Assembly: GCA_964195235.1 (NCBI GenBank)
Contig: CAXMOW010000005.1
Span: 2,642 to 66,641 of the forward strand
Origin: an uncultured Acidimicrobiia bacterium
GTDB lineage: Bacteria > Actinomycetota > Acidimicrobiia > Spongiisociales > ZC4RG35
DNA: 64,000 nucleotides
Direction of reading: 5' to 3'
Every line of letters starts with the position of its first letter. Within the stretch, counting starts at the first letter, position 1. A model generated the notes under the pieces. The model did not search any database and was not told the DNA's origin. It saw only the letters and a program-made list of their open reading frames with translations. Both the position numbers and the translations under genes were made by a program. Below are positions 61,478 through 64,000 of the stretch, in pieces.

Positions 61478-62613
61478 GTGGCCCCCATCTTGGTTGGAAT
61501 GGCCGCCAATCCGTCGTCATCGACGGCAGCACGTATGTCGTCAATGAGCAAGGGGTCGATCCATTCGTCATTGATGAATTCGGGATAAACCGGCAACCTT
61601 GGTCGCAAATCGAATCCGGCAGCAACGGTGCGACTTCGAAGCTCGTCGAGGTGAGGCCATGGCGCTTCCGGATTGACCCAATCGATGGTCAACGGTGAGA
61701 CGCCGCCCCAATCGTTTATGCCGGCGTCGAGGTACATTTCGTAGGCATCAGTGAGATTCGGTGGTACCTGGACACTTGCCTCTGGTCCCATGATCCATCG
61801 AGCTATTGCAACCACCCGGGCAAACCAACGCGGTACCGGCTCGGCGGATCGGCGCATCGGGGTATCAGCCTTGGCTCGGAAATTTTGGATGATCACCTCT
61901 TGAATGGCACCGGTTTGATCGGCCAAGTCACGCAAAGCAAAAAGGGAATCGACAATCTCTGCTCGATTCTCTCCGATGCCAACGAGAATCCCAGTAGTGA
62001 ACGGGACCTTCTGTCGTCCCGCGGATTCGATCGTCGCCACTCTCTTGGCCGGCTCTTTGGTGGCCGAGTTGTGATGGGCCATCCCAGGCTCGAGTAGCCG
62101 GCGAGAAATGTTCTCGAGCATCATCCCCATAGAAGGGTTGGTGGGTCGGAGCATCTGCATCGCGTCATCGTCGAGAAGACCCGGGTTGGCGTGTGGGAAC
62201 AATCGAGTTTCTTCCCTGACCAGAGCCGACATCTCCGCCACATATTCGATTGTGGAGCTCAGTCCCCGCGCTTCCAGGAATTCGACAGCTTGCGGCCATC
62301 GCTTCTCGGGTCGATCACCCAAAGTGAACAATGCTTCGGTGCAGTCCGCTTCGTCTCCCGCCTTCGCCACAGCGAGTACTTCATGTGGCTCGAGATACAT
62401 ACCTCCAGCACCCGGTGGTTTGGCAAAGGTGCAATAAGTGCAGCGGTCGTTACACAAGGTTGTCAGAGGAATGAATACCTTTCGGCTGTAGGTGACCGTC
62501 CGACCCCGGCCCTCATCCCGAAGTGAAGCGGCATGTGCGAACAGTGGAGAGTCATCAATAGTGCCTTTGAGATAACGCAGGGCGAGCTCGGCCTCAGGAA
62601 CGGGGTGGGCCAT
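61474..62613 (-). CDS. cofG: FO synthase subunit 1 (CofG, radical SAM; 7,8-didemethyl-8-hydroxy-5-deazariboflavin synthase)
   Basis: 379 aa. Radical-SAM motif CNDRCTYCTF with a CofG-like core. Confidence 0.88.
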   Translation of the reverse strand: MAHPVPEAELALRYLKGTIDDSPLFAHAASLRDEGRGRTVTYSRKVFIPLTTLCNDRCTYCTFAKPPGAGGMYLEPHEVLAVAKAGDEADCTEALFTLGDRPEKRWPQAVEFLEARGLSSTIEYVAEMSALVREETRLFPHANPGLLDDDAMQMLRPTNPSMGMMLENISRRLLEPGMAHHNSATKEPAKRVATIESAGRQKVPFTTGILVGIGENRAEIVDSLFALRDLADQTGAIQEVIIQNFRAKADTPMRRSAEPVPRWFARVVAIARWIMGPEASVQVPPNLTDAYEMYLDAGINDWGGVSPLTIDWVNPEAPWPHLDELRSRTVAAGFDLRPRLPVYPEFINDEWIDPLLIDDIRAAVDDDGLAAIPTKMGAT

Positions 62614-63390
62614 CTACGAGATTCCTGAGGAGCCGGCGCCAATCACACCACCATCAACCGGAATGATCGCTCCTGTCATCCAAGAAGATGCATCTGAGGC
62701 GAGAAAAGCAATCAGTTTCGCAACATCATCAGGCTCACCGACCCGCCCTAGGGGGTGCATCCGTGCAGTTGATTCCTCATCGACCAAAAGCGCTCCCGCG
62801 AGACGAGTCTTCACTACACCGGGAGCTACCGCGTTGACCCGAGTCTTGGGGGCCAGTTCCATGGCCAGCTGCTTCGTCATGTGAATCAGTCCAGCCTTCG
62901 AAATGTTGTAAGCACCCATAATCGGACTTGGCCGGAGTCCAGCAACCGATGCAACATTGACAACCGAACCACCATTTGCTCCCATCCAGGCGCGGTGGGT
63001 TGCACGCACCCAGAGCAGGGGCGCTCGCATGTTCACCGCCCACGTCTTGTCCAGCGCACCAAGGTCAACTTCCGTCAGCATCCCGGCTGCCGGATTGGTG
63101 CCTGCGTTGTTAACGAGAATGTCGACCGAGCCGAATCGCTCAACCGTGGCCGCGACTGCCTGGTCCGCAGCATCTTCGTCATCGGCTCTGGCTGCGAGCG
63201 CAAGAAGGCGGTCATCGCCGACACCCGCCGCGACCAGCTCGGATTTCGCCGCCTCAATGTTCTCAGGTTTCCGTGACGTGATGGCAACACCTGTTGCACC
63301 ACTGTTGGCAAGCTCTAGCGCGGTTGCCCAGCCAATTCCTCGACTTCCCCCCGTGACCAGGGCGACCTTGCCCTCTACCGAAACTTCCAT
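62614..63390 (-). CDS. SDR family oxidoreductase (FabG-like)
   Basis: 258 aa. TGGSRGIG, NNAG, and the catalytic YNISKAG motif (YxxxK). Confidence 0.9.
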   Translation of the reverse strand: MEVSVEGKVALVTGGSRGIGWATALELANSGATGVAITSRKPENIEAAKSELVAAGVGDDRLLALAARADDEDAADQAVAATVERFGSVDILVNNAGTNPAAGMLTEVDLGALDKTWAVNMRAPLLWVRATHRAWMGANGGSVVNVASVAGLRPSPIMGAYNISKAGLIHMTKQLAMELAPKTRVNAVAPGVVKTRLAGALLVDEESTARMHPLGRVGEPDDVAKLIAFLASDASSWMTGAIIPVDGGVIGAGSSGIS

Positions 63391-63429
63391 GGCACTCCTA
63401 GTTTTGAATTGCCGAAGATAGTTGCGATT

Positions 63430-63927
63430 TCAATGTCCGCCACGTTTCACGCCGCCGTACTTCATACGAGTGTCCGACATCGCAGCGGCCGGCTCATGGT
63501 CGTTACGCACTTCAGCATCGATGATCTCACCGGCGAACAGGGTGTGGGTCCCGAAGTCGCTGGCCTGTCGGACGACGCAGTCCATCCAGGCGATTGCCTC
63601 ATCAAAGATAGGTGCACCAGAAGTCCCGGGGCGCACGGGACGACCGTTGAGAGTGTTTCCATCGCGAGTGGCAGGTTTGGAGAACTTGACAAATGTCCTC
63701 GTGTCTTCTGCTGACCAGAGGTTCACAGTGAACGACCCGCCCTCTTCGATCAGCCGATGAGTCACTGCCTTATTGTCGACTGCCACCCCAATCAGGACCG
63801 GTTCCATGGAAAGCTGAGTGATCCAGCTTGCAGTCATCGCGTTCCAGTCCTCGCCCGACGCCGATCCGATCAGGGCGAGTGCGTTTGGAATCTTCCAGGT
63901 GACCTTGTTGATGAGTTCGGCGTCCAT
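63430..63927 (-). CDS. Flavin reductase-like (FMN-binding split-barrel) domain protein
   Basis: About 165 aa from the ATG at 63927 (MDAELINKVTWKIPNALALIGS...MTASWITQLSMEP). The track ORF extends to 63993. Confidence 0.78.
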   Translation of the reverse strand: MDAELINKVTWKIPNALALIGSASGEDWNAMTASWITQLSMEPVLIGVAVDNKAVTHRLIEEGGSFTVNLWSAEDTRTFVKFSKPATRDGNTLNGRPVRPGTSGAPIFDEAIAWMDCVVRQASDFGTHTLFAGEIIDAEVRNDHEPAAAMSDTRMKYGGVKRGGH

Positions 63928-64000
63928 GCGATCCTCTGAGCAGAGTCGGGCCGAGAACCCTAATGTTTTGGGAGTGCGGATCCTCATTGCCACAACCGGC

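Noticed and set aside
1-64000. Search for CRISPR arrays, tRNA/rRNA genes, insertion sequences, integrases, prophage genes and toxin-antitoxin pairs.
   Set aside because: I noticed no direct-repeat/spacer arrays, no tRNA-like T-arm (GGTTCGAATCC-type) sequences outside coding frames, and no transposase/integrase-like ORFs. The only tandem repeat found is the recA 12-mer. A tRNAscan/Infernal run would be needed to exclude small RNAs formally.

Overview
GC-rich chromosomal segment that looks like conserved actinobacterial-type core genome, not an accessory island. The gene content supporting this is the lexA / dapF-miaA-miaB / recA neighbourhood, CGAAC-N4-GTTCG SOS boxes, a RecA-NDp-type promoter, lhr, F420 (FO) biosynthesis genes cofG/cofH with several F420-type LLM oxidoreductases, and a mycothiol-type DinB protein. 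I can support about 58 protein-coding genes, most on the minus strand in tightly coupled operons with ATGA, TGATG or TAGTG stop/start overlaps.

Main blocks, in order:
- DUF952, then lexA.
- dapF-miaA-miaB-rny.
- recA.
- rimO-cinA-thpR.
- A Rieske::TPP enzyme, an archaeal-type GAPDH-like gene and a small ORF.
- A MacB-type ABC exporter.
- An S10 peptidase with a DUF1801 gene.
- A 2-oxoacid dehydrogenase E1alpha/E1beta/E2 operon.
- An MFS transporter, then ftsK.
- An iodotyrosine-deiodinase-like flavoenzyme.
- rnj-dapA.
- A P-loop kinase::LLM fusion, SulP, cyclophilin, PEBP, LLM, glpD, and a DUF4015 lipoprotein.
- M16 and M20 peptidases.
- A CobT-like vWA / CobS-like AAA+ pair.
- A DhlA-like haloalkane dehalogenase, LOG, DinB, BtpA, and an enoyl-CoA hydratase.
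- A PD-(D/E)xK-like ORF divergent from an HD-GYP protein.
- A class-V aminotransferase, VOC, fxsA and lhr.
- cofH-cofG-SDR-flavin reductase.

I found no rRNA, tRNA, CRISPR array, transposase, integrase or prophage signature. I did not find a compact multi-gene system that is obviously new, such as a defence island.

The most interesting signals are at domain and motif level:
1. A textbook ParB N-terminal peptide (GLGRGLEALIP) sits at the N-terminus of the E1alpha subunit.
2. A Rieske [2Fe-2S] domain is fused to a pyruvate-oxidase-like TPP enzyme, next to an archaeal-type GAPDH homologue.
3. A polynucleotide-kinase-like P-loop domain is fused to an F420-type luciferase-like oxidoreductase.
4. 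An orphan CobT/CobS-like pair carries an HExxH motif and deviant Walker A/B residues.
5. A split fbiC encodes a CofH with an unexplained N-terminal domain of about 250 aa.
6. A 12-nt tandem repeat extends the RecA C-terminal tail.
7. recA has a dual SOS-box plus TTGTCAGAG-N8-TACGGT promoter, and a weaker copy of the second motif lies in front of lhr.

All family assignments come from my own reading of the translated ORFs. No database search was run.
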